From Myxococcota bacterium (GTDB lineage Bacteria > Myxococcota_A > UBA9042 > PHBI01 > JAWLBL01), in contig JAWLBL010000011.1 of NCBI GenBank assembly GCA_041687695.1, positions 183,155-247,154 of the forward strand: a DNA stretch of 64,000 bases, written 5' to 3'. The notes under the pieces were generated by a model. It saw only the letters and a program-made list of their open reading frames with translations, did not search any database and was not told where the DNA came from. Shown one piece after another: positions 9,615 through 18,906 of this stretch (within the stretch, counting starts at the first letter, position 1; every line of letters begins with the position of its first letter). Position numbers and translations under genes: made by a program.

Positions 9615-11435
9615 GTGCTGGTCACGCTCGGGCTCATGCCGTTCGTGCAGGGCGACGTCGGCTGGTACGACTCGGGCGAGCTGACCGCCGCGACCGCCGG
9701 CCTGGGGGTCCCGCACCCGACCGGCTTCCCGCTGCTGGTCGTGCTGGGGCACGCGCTGCAGCTGCTGCCGTTCGGCCCGGTCCCCTTCCGGGTCGCCCTG
9801 CTGAGCGCCGCCTCGGTCGGGCTGGCGACCGGGCTGGTCCACGCGACCGCCGTGCGCTTGGGGGCGCGACCGGGGCTGGCCGCCCTGGGCGCGCTGCTGG
9901 TGCCCGTGCAGCTGGTCGTCTGGACCAACGCCGTGCTGGTCGAGGTCTACGCGCCGACCCTGGCGCTGGGCGCGGGCGTCGCCTTCCTGCTGGGCCGGCC
10001 CGAGCCCGCCTGGCGCCAGGCCGCCGTCCTGACCGGGCTGGGGCTGGGCGCGCACGTCGGCTTCGTGCTGATGGCGGGCGCCCTGTGGCTGGGCGCGCTG
10101 ACCGGGCACCGGGCCTGGCCGAGGCTGCCGAGGCTGCTGCCCTGGGGGCTCGTGGGCGGGCTGGTCATCCTGGCGCTGCCGTTGATGGCCAGCCGCGACC
10201 CCTGGATGAACTGGGGCGACCCGTCGACGCCCGGACGGCTGCTGGACCACCTGACCGCGGCCAGCATCCGCGGGTCGTTCGAGGGCGAGATGGGGCGAGG
10301 CGGGGCGGCCAGCGCGCACCGCCTGGGGCAGTGGGCCGAGGACGTCGGCGGGCCCTTCGCGGCGCTGGCGGTGGTCGTCGTGGCCCTGGCGGCGCCGTTC
10401 GTGCGCCCGCGCTGGTTCGGCCTGGCGCTGCTCGGGGCGCTGGCGCTGGACGCGGCCTTCACGGTCTGGGTCAACCCGATGGGCCAGGCCGAGCTGCAGA
10501 CCGGCACGCCGGGCGTGCTGGCGTTGGCGTCGTTGGCGGCCCTGGCGCTGGGGCAGCTGCCGTTGCGGCCGCTGCTGCGCGGGCTCGGTGGGGCCATCGT
10601 CGCGCTGGTGCTGGCGTTCACGCTGGTCTTCCGCTGGGAGGAGCGGCCCACGGACGAGCACGCGGGCCGCCACGGGCGCCTGGTCCTGTCGGCCTTGCAG
10701 CCCGGCGCGCTGCTGCTGGCGACGTCGGACCACCTGGCCAGCCAGTCGCTGTACCTTCAGGGCGTCGAGGCGATGCGGCCCGACGTCGTCTCGCTGGTCA
10801 TCCAGCATCTGCACGACGGCCCCGCGGTCGCCCGGCGCTACGCCTTCGCGGACCGGGCTGCCCCCGAGGCCTTCCTGGCCCTGCCGCGCGAGCAGGACCG
10901 CGAGCGGGTGGCCGCGCTGCTGCGCGCCGAGGGCCGCCACGGGCCCGTGTACTGGCAGCTGGGCGAGGGGCGCTACGACGGGGCGCTGACGGGCGTGCTC
11001 CGGGACCACGGCCTGGTCGAGCGCCTGGCGCCGCCCTCCGGCGTGGTCGCGGGGCCGCCGCGTACGACCGGCGCCGACGCCCTGTACGACCGGCTCACGG
11101 CCGTCGAGCCGGCGCGCGCGCGCACGCGCTGGGTGTGGAGCGAGGCGGCGCGGCTGCGTGGCCTGGCCCGGCTGCGCGAGGGGGCGCTGGACCCGGCCGC
11201 GCGCCTGCTCGAGGAGGCGATGCGGCTCGACCCCAACAGCGCCCGCGCCAACGCGGCCCTGGGCGCCGTGCGCTGGCGGCAGGGGCAGGCCGACGAGGCG
11301 ATCGACCTGCTCGAGCGCGCCGTGCGGCTGGACCCGACCTACGCGCACGGGTGGCGGACGCTGGCGACCTATCGCGAGGCCGCCGGCGACCCGCGCGGGG
11401 CGCAGCGGGCGCGCGATCGGCTCGAGGCGCTGTGA
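9615..11435 (+). CDS. DUF2723 (TMEM260-like) GT-C membrane protein with C-terminal TPRs
   Basis: WYDSGELTAATAGLGVPHPTGFPL, EVYA and NWGDP motifs, many TM helices, TPR-like tail. Start approximate. Confidence 0.8.
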   Translation: MLVTLGLMPFVQGDVGWYDSGELTAATAGLGVPHPTGFPLLVVLGHALQLLPFGPVPFRVALLSAASVGLATGLVHATAVRLGARPGLAALGALLVPVQLVVWTNAVLVEVYAPTLALGAGVAFLLGRPEPAWRQAAVLTGLGLGAHVGFVLMAGALWLGALTGHRAWPRLPRLLPWGLVGGLVILALPLMASRDPWMNWGDPSTPGRLLDHLTAASIRGSFEGEMGRGGAASAHRLGQWAEDVGGPFAALAVVVVALAAPFVRPRWFGLALLGALALDAAFTVWVNPMGQAELQTGTPGVLALASLAALALGQLPLRPLLRGLGGAIVALVLAFTLVFRWEERPTDEHAGRHGRLVLSALQPGALLLATSDHLASQSLYLQGVEAMRPDVVSLVIQHLHDGPAVARRYAFADRAAPEAFLALPREQDRERVAALLRAEGRHGPVYWQLGEGRYDGALTGVLRDHGLVERLAPPSGVVAGPPRTTGADALYDRLTAVEPARARTRWVWSEAARLRGLARLREGALDPAARLLEEAMRLDPNSARANAALGAVRWRQGQADEAIDLLERAVRLDPTYAHGWRTLATYREAAGDPRGAQRARDRLEAL

Positions 11436-11451
11436 GGGCGGCGGCGCCCGC

Positions 11452-12036
11452 TCAGGGACAGGCGCGCGTGTCGCTCGACAGCTCGATGTCGAGCAGGACG
11501 TCGACCAGCATGTAGTCGGCCGAGAACGACGTCAGCTCGCCGGTGACGCGCACGTCCCAGGCGGGCTTGTCGCTCAGGGCCAGGTCGGCGATGAGGTCGC
11601 GGCCGGCCTGGTGGACGGTGAACTCGGGGTCGGCGAGCGTGTAGAGGTCGCGCTCGGCGACGAGGCCGTCGAAGTCGGCGAGCGGCACGAAGTTGGTCGT
11701 GCCGGCGGGGGCGACCTCGAGGCTGTACAGGAACGGCAGCGGGCTCTGGACGCTGTCGAGAGTGCGGATCTCGATGTACGACAGCGACGGATCGAGGCCG
11801 GCGCAGCGCAGGTGGCGGCGGAGATCGACGTAGCGGCTCTCGGAGCGCAGGTCGTCGAAGGGGATGACCGCCACGTGCGGGTCGTCGACCGGGAACGGGG
11901 TGTTCTCGTCGCCGTACACGATGCTCGTCTGCTGCTCGATCGAGAGATCGACCAGGGTGTGGTGGTCGCTGTCGCAGGCGGACGCGGCGAGGCCGGCCAC
12001 GGCGAGGGGCAGGAGGCGAAACGGATTTGGCGTCAT
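11452..12036 (-). CDS. Hypothetical lipoprotein
   Basis: MTPNPFRLLPLAVAGLAASAC lipobox, typical codon usage. Confidence 0.7.
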   Translation of the reverse strand: MTPNPFRLLPLAVAGLAASACDSDHHTLVDLSIEQQTSIVYGDENTPFPVDDPHVAVIPFDDLRSESRYVDLRRHLRCAGLDPSLSYIEIRTLDSVQSPLPFLYSLEVAPAGTTNFVPLADFDGLVAERDLYTLADPEFTVHQAGRDLIADLALSDKPAWDVRVTGELTSFSADYMLVDVLLDIELSSDTRACP

Positions 12037-12238
12037 GACGAGGCAGCCTATCGGTACGGGGTCCAACGGTCCAGCGGGACCGCGCGCGCGGGGGGCGGCG
12101 GGCCCGGCCGTGCTTGACAGGGCGGGCGAAACAGGGCCAAGGACGCCGGTGCGTGCGTCGTATTCACGCCGCGGGCGCGGACCCGGGATGAGGCGGGGCG
12201 CCCGGCGTGTTGTGAGCCGTCCAACAGTCGGGGGAGTC

Positions 12239-13162
12239 ATGGAGTCGTTCCAGCGCATCGAGCTCGTCACGCCCGACGGCGTCCGGCTCGCCGTCCACGA
12301 CCGGCCGGGGCCGTCGCCCGAGGCGCCGGTGCTGTTCCTGTCCAACGGCCTGGGCGGCAACCTGCCGGCCTGGCGGCACCTGGTGGCCCACTTCGGCGCG
12401 ACGCACCGCATCGTCAGCTGGGACTACCGCGGCCTGTACGGCTCGGCGTTCACGCCCGACCAGCGCACGCGCCACATCCCGCTGGACGTGGCCGCCCACG
12501 CGGGCGACGCCATCGCCGTCCTCGATCGCCTGGGCATCACGCGCGCGGTCTTCATCGGCTGGTCCATGGGCGTGCAGCTGAACTTCGAGCTGGCCCGCCT
12601 CGTGCGCCCGCGCATCGAGGCCATCGTCGCGATGAACGGGACCTACGGGCGGCCGCTGCACACGACCGTCTTCGGGCGCGTCGGCCCGCGCATCATCCCG
12701 CACGGCATGGAGGGCATGCGCCTGGGCCTGGTGGCGCTGCGCTCGCTGGTGCGCCGGGCCGCCGAGTTCCCGGTCGTCCTGGCCACGGCCAAGCGCCTGG
12801 GCGTCGTCGCCGACACGCTGGACGAGGCCGTCTTCCGCGATCTCGTCCGCGAGTACGTCCTGCTCGACTTCACGACCTACAACAAGATCCTCTACGCCCT
12901 GGGCCGCCACGACTGCGAGTCGGTCCTCGCCGGCCTCGACGTCCCGGTCCTGGTCATCGCCGGCGGGCGCGACCCGATGACGCCGCACTGGCTGTCCAAG
13001 CGCATGGTCGAGCTGCTGCCCGACGCCGAGCTGGCCGAGTTCCCCAAGGGCACCCACTATGTGCCGGTCGAGTTCCCGCGCGAGGTCAACGCGCGCCTCG
13101 AGCGCTTCCTCCGGGACAAGGTCGGACACCTCGGCGCCGAGGGGCGCGAGGCCACCGGCTGA
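12239..13162 (+). CDS. Alpha/beta hydrolase
   Basis: NGLGG, DYRGLYGS, GWSMG nucleophile elbow, GGRD and GTH motifs. Confidence 0.9.
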   Translation: MESFQRIELVTPDGVRLAVHDRPGPSPEAPVLFLSNGLGGNLPAWRHLVAHFGATHRIVSWDYRGLYGSAFTPDQRTRHIPLDVAAHAGDAIAVLDRLGITRAVFIGWSMGVQLNFELARLVRPRIEAIVAMNGTYGRPLHTTVFGRVGPRIIPHGMEGMRLGLVALRSLVRRAAEFPVVLATAKRLGVVADTLDEAVFRDLVREYVLLDFTTYNKILYALGRHDCESVLAGLDVPVLVIAGGRDPMTPHWLSKRMVELLPDAELAEFPKGTHYVPVEFPREVNARLERFLRDKVGHLGAEGREATG

Positions 13163-13228
13163 GCCCTTGGTCACGTGCGCGGCGTGCTTAGGGTCGCGCA
13201 CGCCGAACGCTCGGGAGGAGGTGCGTCC

Positions 13229-13924
13229 ATGATCTTCGATCCGCTCTATCTGCTCATCCTCGTGGCCTCGGGGCTGCTGGGCTTTTGGGCCCAGCTCAAG
13301 GTCAAGGGGACCTTCCACAAGTGGAGCCGCGTCACGACCGGCGCCCGCATGACCGGCGCCGAGGTCGCGCGCGAGATCCTGCACGAGTCGGGCATCTTCG
13401 ACGTGAAGATCGAGCGCGTCCACGGGTTCCTGTCGGACCACTACGACCCCGGCAGCAAGACGCTGCGGCTGTCGCCCGACGTCTACGACTCGACGTCCGT
13501 CGCCGCCGCGGGCGTCGCCGCCCACGAGGTCGGCCACGCGATCCAGCACGCGCGCCAGTACTTTCCCCTCCAGGTGCGCTCTTTCCTGGCGCCCGCCGCG
13601 GCCTTTGGCGGCAACATCTCGATCTACGTCATCATCCTGGGCATCATCACCGGCGCCCTCGGGATGGCGAAGATCGGCGTCCTGCTCTTTGGCCTGTCCA
13701 CCCTCTTCGTGCTCGTGACGCTGCCGGTCGAGTTCGACGCGTCGAACCGCGCCAAGCGGCTGCTGCCGGCCCTGGGCCTGGCGCAGGGCGGGCACGAGGT
13801 CTCGGGCGTGCGGTCCGTGCTCAACGCGGCCGCGCTCACCTACGTGGCCGCCGCGGTCAGCTCGGTCGCCATGCTCTTGTACTGGATGCTCCGCGCGGGG
13901 CTCATCGGCGGTCGACAAGAATGA
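13229..13924 (+). CDS. Membrane neutral zinc metallopeptidase (Zn_peptidase_2/YugP-like)
   Basis: LSDHYDP, AAHEVGHAIQH, TLPVEFDAS and AAALTYVA motifs. Confidence 0.92.
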   Translation: MIFDPLYLLILVASGLLGFWAQLKVKGTFHKWSRVTTGARMTGAEVAREILHESGIFDVKIERVHGFLSDHYDPGSKTLRLSPDVYDSTSVAAAGVAAHEVGHAIQHARQYFPLQVRSFLAPAAAFGGNISIYVIILGIITGALGMAKIGVLLFGLSTLFVLVTLPVEFDASNRAKRLLPALGLAQGGHEVSGVRSVLNAAALTYVAAAVSSVAMLLYWMLRAGLIGGRQE

Positions 13925-14691
13925 CGGACACGATTGACGGCGCGACGGACGCGGACGGCGCGGCCTCGGGTCAACCCATCGTCGCCCTGCGCGCGGTCGA
14001 GAAGGACTACGCGCTGGGCAAGACCACGGTCCACGCCCTGCGCGGCGTGGATCTGACCCTGGGACGCGGCGAGTTCGCGGCCATCGCGGGCCCCTCGGGC
14101 AGCGGCAAGACCACGCTGCTCAACCTGGTGGGCTGCGTCGATCAGGCGACCCGCGGGCAGGTCCTGGTCGACGGGCAGGACACGGGCCGCCTGTCCGAGC
14201 GCAAGCTGACCGAGCTGCGGCTCAACAAGATCGGCTTCATCTTCCAGACCTTCAACCTCATCCCGGTGCTCGACGTGTTCGACAACGTCGAGTTCCCGCT
14301 GCTGCTGCAGAAGGGCGTGTCCAAGGCCGAGCGCCGGCGGCGCGTCCTGGACCTGGTCGAGCGCGTGGGCCTGACGGCGCAGCTGAAGCAGCGGCCGGGC
14401 GAGCTGTCGGGCGGGCAGCGCCAGCGCGTCGCCATCGCGCGCGCGCTGGTGACGCGGCCGCGCATCGTGCTGGCCGACGAGCCGACGGCGAACCTGGACA
14501 GCGAGACCGGCCGCCGCATCATCGATCTCATGCGCGAGATCAACGAGGCCGAGCGGACGACCTTCATCTTCTCGACCCACGACCACCAGGTGATGAGCTA
14601 CGCGCGGCGCATGATCCGGCTGGTCGACGGCCGCATCGCCGAGGACGGCGCCCTCGCGACCGGGGCGGCGCCGCGGGCGGCGAACGGCTGA
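13921..14691 (+). CDS. ABC transporter ATP-binding protein (LolD/MacB-like)
   Basis: GPSGSGKTT, LSGGQRQR, LADEPTANLD and STHD motifs. Confidence 0.95.
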   Translation: MTDTIDGATDADGAASGQPIVALRAVEKDYALGKTTVHALRGVDLTLGRGEFAAIAGPSGSGKTTLLNLVGCVDQATRGQVLVDGQDTGRLSERKLTELRLNKIGFIFQTFNLIPVLDVFDNVEFPLLLQKGVSKAERRRRVLDLVERVGLTAQLKQRPGELSGGQRQRVAIARALVTRPRIVLADEPTANLDSETGRRIIDLMREINEAERTTFIFSTHDHQVMSYARRMIRLVDGRIAEDGALATGAAPRAANG

Positions 14692-16763
14692 TGCTGCTCC
14701 GCATCGCCTTCCGCAACCTCTGGCTGCACCGCCTGCGCACCCTCATCGTCGGGGGCATCCTGACGTTCGGCACGGTGCTGGTCATCGTCGGCAACGCGGT
14801 GCTCGACGCCATCGACGCCGGCATGGAGCGCAGCATCGTCCACAGCATCGCCGGGCACCTGCAGGTCTTCTCGGACGACGCCAAGGACGAGCTGCAGATC
14901 TTCGGCGCCATCGGCATGGCCGAGCAGGACATCGGGCGCATCGACGACTACGCCGCCGTCGAAGCGGCCCTGGCCGAGCTCGACAACGTGGCCGCCGTCG
15001 TCCCGATGGGGCAGCACAACTCCATCGTCTTCGGCTCGAACCTGCTCGAGCGCAAGCTGCGCGACCTGAGGCAGGCGGTCGAGGACCGGGACGCCGCGCG
15101 CGTGGCGTCGCTCAAGGCCCACGTTCGCAGCGTCGTGGCCGGCCTCGAGGAGGATCTGTCCAAGGTCGGCGAGCTGGCCGCCGACGACGCCGCCGACCCG
15201 CAGCAGCTCGAGGCGCTCGAGCGCGTGCAGCAGGACGCCTTCTGGCAGGGGTTCGACGAGGACCCGGTCGCCGCGCTCGAGCTTCTGGACACGCGGGTGG
15301 CGCCGCTGGTGATGAACCCGTCGATGTACTTCCTGCGCTACATCGGCACCGACCCCGACCGCTTCGCCGAGACCTTCGAGCTGTTCGAGATCGTCGACGG
15401 GCAGGCCATCCCCGAGGGCGAGCGCGGGCTGCTGCTGAACAAGAGCGTCTACGAGAAGTGGATCAAGGACCGCACGGCGCGGCGCCTGGACGACGTCAAG
15501 GAGGCGCGCGAGACCGAGGGCCGGCGCATCGCCGACGACGAGAGCCTGCAGACGCTGGTGCGCTACAACCGCGAGCAGGTGGCCAGCCTGCTGCGCGAGA
15601 TCGACCCCGACGAGGCGCAGGCCCTGGCCACGGCGCTGCGCGAGGCGCTGGGCGCGAGCGACACCGAGCTGCCCGCGCTGCTGACGAAGCTGCTGGACAC
15701 GACCGACGCCAACTTCGACCGGCATTACGCCATCTTCTACGAGCACGTCGCGCCGCGCATCCCGCTGTACGCCTTCCCGGTCGGCAGCGAGATGACCATC
15801 ACCTCGTTCACCCGCGCCGGGTACGTGCGGTCGGTGAACCTGAAGGTCTGGGGCACCTACCAGTTCCGCAGCCTCGAGAAGTCGGCGCTGGCGGGCGGGC
15901 ACCACCTGATGGATCTGGTCAGCTTCCGCGAGCTGTACGGCTTCGTGACGGCCGAGCAGCAGGCCGAGATCGCGGTCATCAAGGACAAGGCGGGCGCCCA
16001 GGAGGTCGCGCGGGCCGAGGCCGAGGACGTGCTGTTCGGCGAGGACGCGGAGCTGGTCGACGAGACGGAGCGCACCGGCTTCGACGAGTTCCAGGGGGCG
16101 CAGCTGGCCGGCGTGCGGGCCGAGGCCGAGGCGCGGTCGACCCGCTTCACGCGGGCGGATCTGTACGAGGGGCCGGCCCTGAACGTGGCCGTGCTGCTGA
16201 AGGACCCGGCGCGGCTGCCCGAGACGCGCGCCGCCATCGAGCGGATCGCCGACGAGCGCGGGCTGGGGCTGCAGACGCGCACCTGGCACGAGGCGTCGGG
16301 CCTGGTCGGGCAGATGGTGACCTCGGTGCGGCTCGTGCTGTACGTGGCGGTCGCCATCATCTTCATCGTGGCGCTGGTCATCCTGAACAACACGATGGTC
16401 ATGGCGACCATGGAGCGCGTGCGCGAGATCGGCACCATCCGCGCCATCGGCGGCCAGCGCGGCTTCATCCTGCGCCTGTTCCTGCTCGAGACGCTGCTGC
16501 TGGGCCTCGTCTTCGGGGTCGTCGGCGCGCTGGCGGGCGGCGGCCTGGTCACCTGGATGGGCACGGCCGGGCTGCCGGCCAGCCACGACATCCTGTACTT
16601 CCTGTTCGCCGGCCCGGCGCTGTACCCGACCCTGACCGTCGGGCACGTCGTCGGCGCCCTGTCGCTCATCCTGGTGGTCGGCCTGCTCTCGACCTTCTAC
16701 CCGGCGGTCATCGCGACGCGCATCACCCCGATCGAGGCCATGAACGCCAAGGAGGCCGCGTGA
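14691..16763 (+). CDS. FtsX/LolE-like ABC permease with enlarged periplasmic domain
   Basis: IAFRNLW start, ERVREIGTIRAIG and C-terminal YPAVIATRITPIEA. 690 aa. Confidence 0.9.
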   Translation: MLLRIAFRNLWLHRLRTLIVGGILTFGTVLVIVGNAVLDAIDAGMERSIVHSIAGHLQVFSDDAKDELQIFGAIGMAEQDIGRIDDYAAVEAALAELDNVAAVVPMGQHNSIVFGSNLLERKLRDLRQAVEDRDAARVASLKAHVRSVVAGLEEDLSKVGELAADDAADPQQLEALERVQQDAFWQGFDEDPVAALELLDTRVAPLVMNPSMYFLRYIGTDPDRFAETFELFEIVDGQAIPEGERGLLLNKSVYEKWIKDRTARRLDDVKEARETEGRRIADDESLQTLVRYNREQVASLLREIDPDEAQALATALREALGASDTELPALLTKLLDTTDANFDRHYAIFYEHVAPRIPLYAFPVGSEMTITSFTRAGYVRSVNLKVWGTYQFRSLEKSALAGGHHLMDLVSFRELYGFVTAEQQAEIAVIKDKAGAQEVARAEAEDVLFGEDAELVDETERTGFDEFQGAQLAGVRAEAEARSTRFTRADLYEGPALNVAVLLKDPARLPETRAAIERIADERGLGLQTRTWHEASGLVGQMVTSVRLVLYVAVAIIFIVALVILNNTMVMATMERVREIGTIRAIGGQRGFILRLFLLETLLLGLVFGVVGALAGGGLVTWMGTAGLPASHDILYFLFAGPALYPTLTVGHVVGALSLILVVGLLSTFYPAVIATRITPIEAMNAKEAA

Positions 16764-18067
16764 AGCAGCTCTTGCGCATCGGGGTGCGGAACCTGCTGCA
16801 GAACCGGCGGCGCAGCCTGATGCTGGGCGGCGCCATCGCGCTGGTCACGCTGCTGCTGGTCATGCTGCTCGCCATCTCGGGCGGCATGCAGGCGACGATG
16901 CTGCGCTCGGCGACCACGCTGACGACCGGGCACGTCAACGTCGCCGGCTTCTACAAGGTGACCTCGACCGGGTCGGGGCCGCTGGTGTCGGGCTACCCCA
17001 AGCTGCTCGAGCTGGTGCGCGAGACCGTCCCCGAGGCCAAGCTGGTCGTCCCGCGGGCGCGCGGGTGGGGCAAGATCATCAGCGAGACGTCGTCGCTCCA
17101 GGCCGAGGTGGGCGGCGTCGACATCGCCGGCGAGGCGACCTTCCGCGAGGTCGTCCGGGTCGAGGAGGGCTCGCTCGACGGGCTGGCCGAGCCCGGCACG
17201 CTGCTGGTGTTCCGCAAGCAGGCCGAGCGGCTGGGGCTGGCGGTCGGCGACATGGTGACCATCAGCGCGCCGACCTTCCGCGGCGTGAACAACACGGTCG
17301 ACGTGCGCGTCGTGGCCATCGCGGCCGATCTGGGGCTCCTCAGCCAGATGGTCGTGTTCACCCCCGCGCAGACCGTGCGCAAGCTCTACCAGCTCTCGGA
17401 CGAGACCACCGGCGCGCTGATGATCACCTTGCACGACCGGGCCGACGCGCCGGCCGTGCAGGAGCGGCTACGCAAGGTCATCGGTGAGGCCGGCTACACG
17501 CTGATGGACGTGCAGGCCGGGCAGCCCTACTGGATGAAGTTCGACACCGTGAACCGCGAGGACTGGACCGGCCAGAAGATCGACGTCACCCGCTGGGACG
17601 ACGAGGCGTCGTTCCTCAAGCGCATGGTCGACACCTTCGACGTGCTGGCGGCGCTGCTGGTGGGGGTGCTGCTGGTCATCATCGTGGTCGGCATCATGAA
17701 CACCCTGTGGATGACCATCCGCGAGCGGACCAGCGAGATCGGCACCCTGCGGGCCATCGGGATGGCCAGGTCGCGGGTCCTGTCGATGTTCCTCATCGAG
17801 TCGTTCGTGCTCTCGGCCAGCGCCAGCCTCTTCGGCGCCGCGGTGGGCCTGGGCCTGGCGCTCGGCCTCGACGGCTGGGGCATCCCCATCGGCAACGAGT
17901 CGCTTCAGATCTTCCTGATGAGTGACACCCTGCGCCTCGCCATCGACCTGCCGACGCTGGCGCGCGCGCTGGTCACGGTGGTCGCCGTGACGACGCTGGG
18001 CGCGCTGTACCCCTCGTGGCGCGCCGCCCGCATGCGCCCGGTGACCGCCATCCACACGGTCGGCTGA
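16760..18067 (+). CDS. FtsX/LolC-like ABC permease
   Basis: RNLLQNRRRS and ERTSEIGTLRAIG motifs. GTGA overlap. Confidence 0.9.
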   Translation: MKQLLRIGVRNLLQNRRRSLMLGGAIALVTLLLVMLLAISGGMQATMLRSATTLTTGHVNVAGFYKVTSTGSGPLVSGYPKLLELVRETVPEAKLVVPRARGWGKIISETSSLQAEVGGVDIAGEATFREVVRVEEGSLDGLAEPGTLLVFRKQAERLGLAVGDMVTISAPTFRGVNNTVDVRVVAIAADLGLLSQMVVFTPAQTVRKLYQLSDETTGALMITLHDRADAPAVQERLRKVIGEAGYTLMDVQAGQPYWMKFDTVNREDWTGQKIDVTRWDDEASFLKRMVDTFDVLAALLVGVLLVIIVVGIMNTLWMTIRERTSEIGTLRAIGMARSRVLSMFLIESFVLSASASLFGAAVGLGLALGLDGWGIPIGNESLQIFLMSDTLRLAIDLPTLARALVTVVAVTTLGALYPSWRAARMRPVTAIHTVG

Positions 18068-18096
18068 GACCGTCGGACCCCGCCAAGGAGCCCCCG

Positions 18097-18906
18097 ATGT
18101 CCTTCACGCTCGCTTCGCTCCCTCGCGCGCTGGCGCTGGCCCTGACCGCCGCGCTCGGCGCCCTGGCGCTGCTGGCGCCCTCGAAGGCCGCCGCGCTGGA
18201 CGAGCCCGCCATGATCGAGCTGCTGAAGGAGGTCGACGTCCGCCAACGCAACTCGGGCGACTGGAAGGCGCTGGCCTACATGCAGCAGAAGGAGAAGGGC
18301 AAGAGCGACGTCGCCTACGAGATGGTCATCTATCGGCGCGACGCCGACGAGAAGCTGATGTTCCTGTTCATGGCGCCCAAGTCCGAGGCCGGCAAGGGCT
18401 ACCTGCGCATCGACGACAACATCTGGATGTACGACCCGAACGTCGGCAAGTGGGAGCGGCGCACCGAGCGCGAGCGCATCGGCGGCACCGACAGCCGCCG
18501 CGCCGACTTCGACCAGTCGAAGCTGGCCGTCGAGTACACGCCGACCTACCTGGGCGCGGACAAGCTGGGCAAGTTCGACGTCCACAAGCTCAAGCTCGCC
18601 GTCAAGGCGGGCCGCGACGTGGCGTGGCCCATCATCGAGCTGTGGGTGGACCAGGCGACCGGGAACGTGCTCAAGCGGCAGGAGTTCGCGCTCAGCGGCA
18701 AGCTGATGCGCACCGCGCTGTACCCCAAGTGGCACAAGGTCTACAGCGAGTCGAAGCAGGCCGACGTCTGGTACCCCAAGCAGATGTACTTCTACGACGA
18801 GGTCGAAAAGGGCAACCAGACCATCGTCAGCATCAAGGACATCGATCTGCGAGGGCTCGACAAGAACATGTTCACCAAGGCCTGGCTCGAGTCCAAGAGC
18901 CGATGA
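18097..18906 (+). CDS. Outer membrane lipoprotein-sorting protein (LolA-like fold)
   Basis: Signal peptide, FMAPKSEAGKGYLRIDDNIWMYDP, GTDSRRADF and FTKAWLE motifs. Confidence 0.85.
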   Translation: MSFTLASLPRALALALTAALGALALLAPSKAAALDEPAMIELLKEVDVRQRNSGDWKALAYMQQKEKGKSDVAYEMVIYRRDADEKLMFLFMAPKSEAGKGYLRIDDNIWMYDPNVGKWERRTERERIGGTDSRRADFDQSKLAVEYTPTYLGADKLGKFDVHKLKLAVKAGRDVAWPIIELWVDQATGNVLKRQEFALSGKLMRTALYPKWHKVYSESKQADVWYPKQMYFYDEVEKGNQTIVSIKDIDLRGLDKNMFTKAWLESKSR

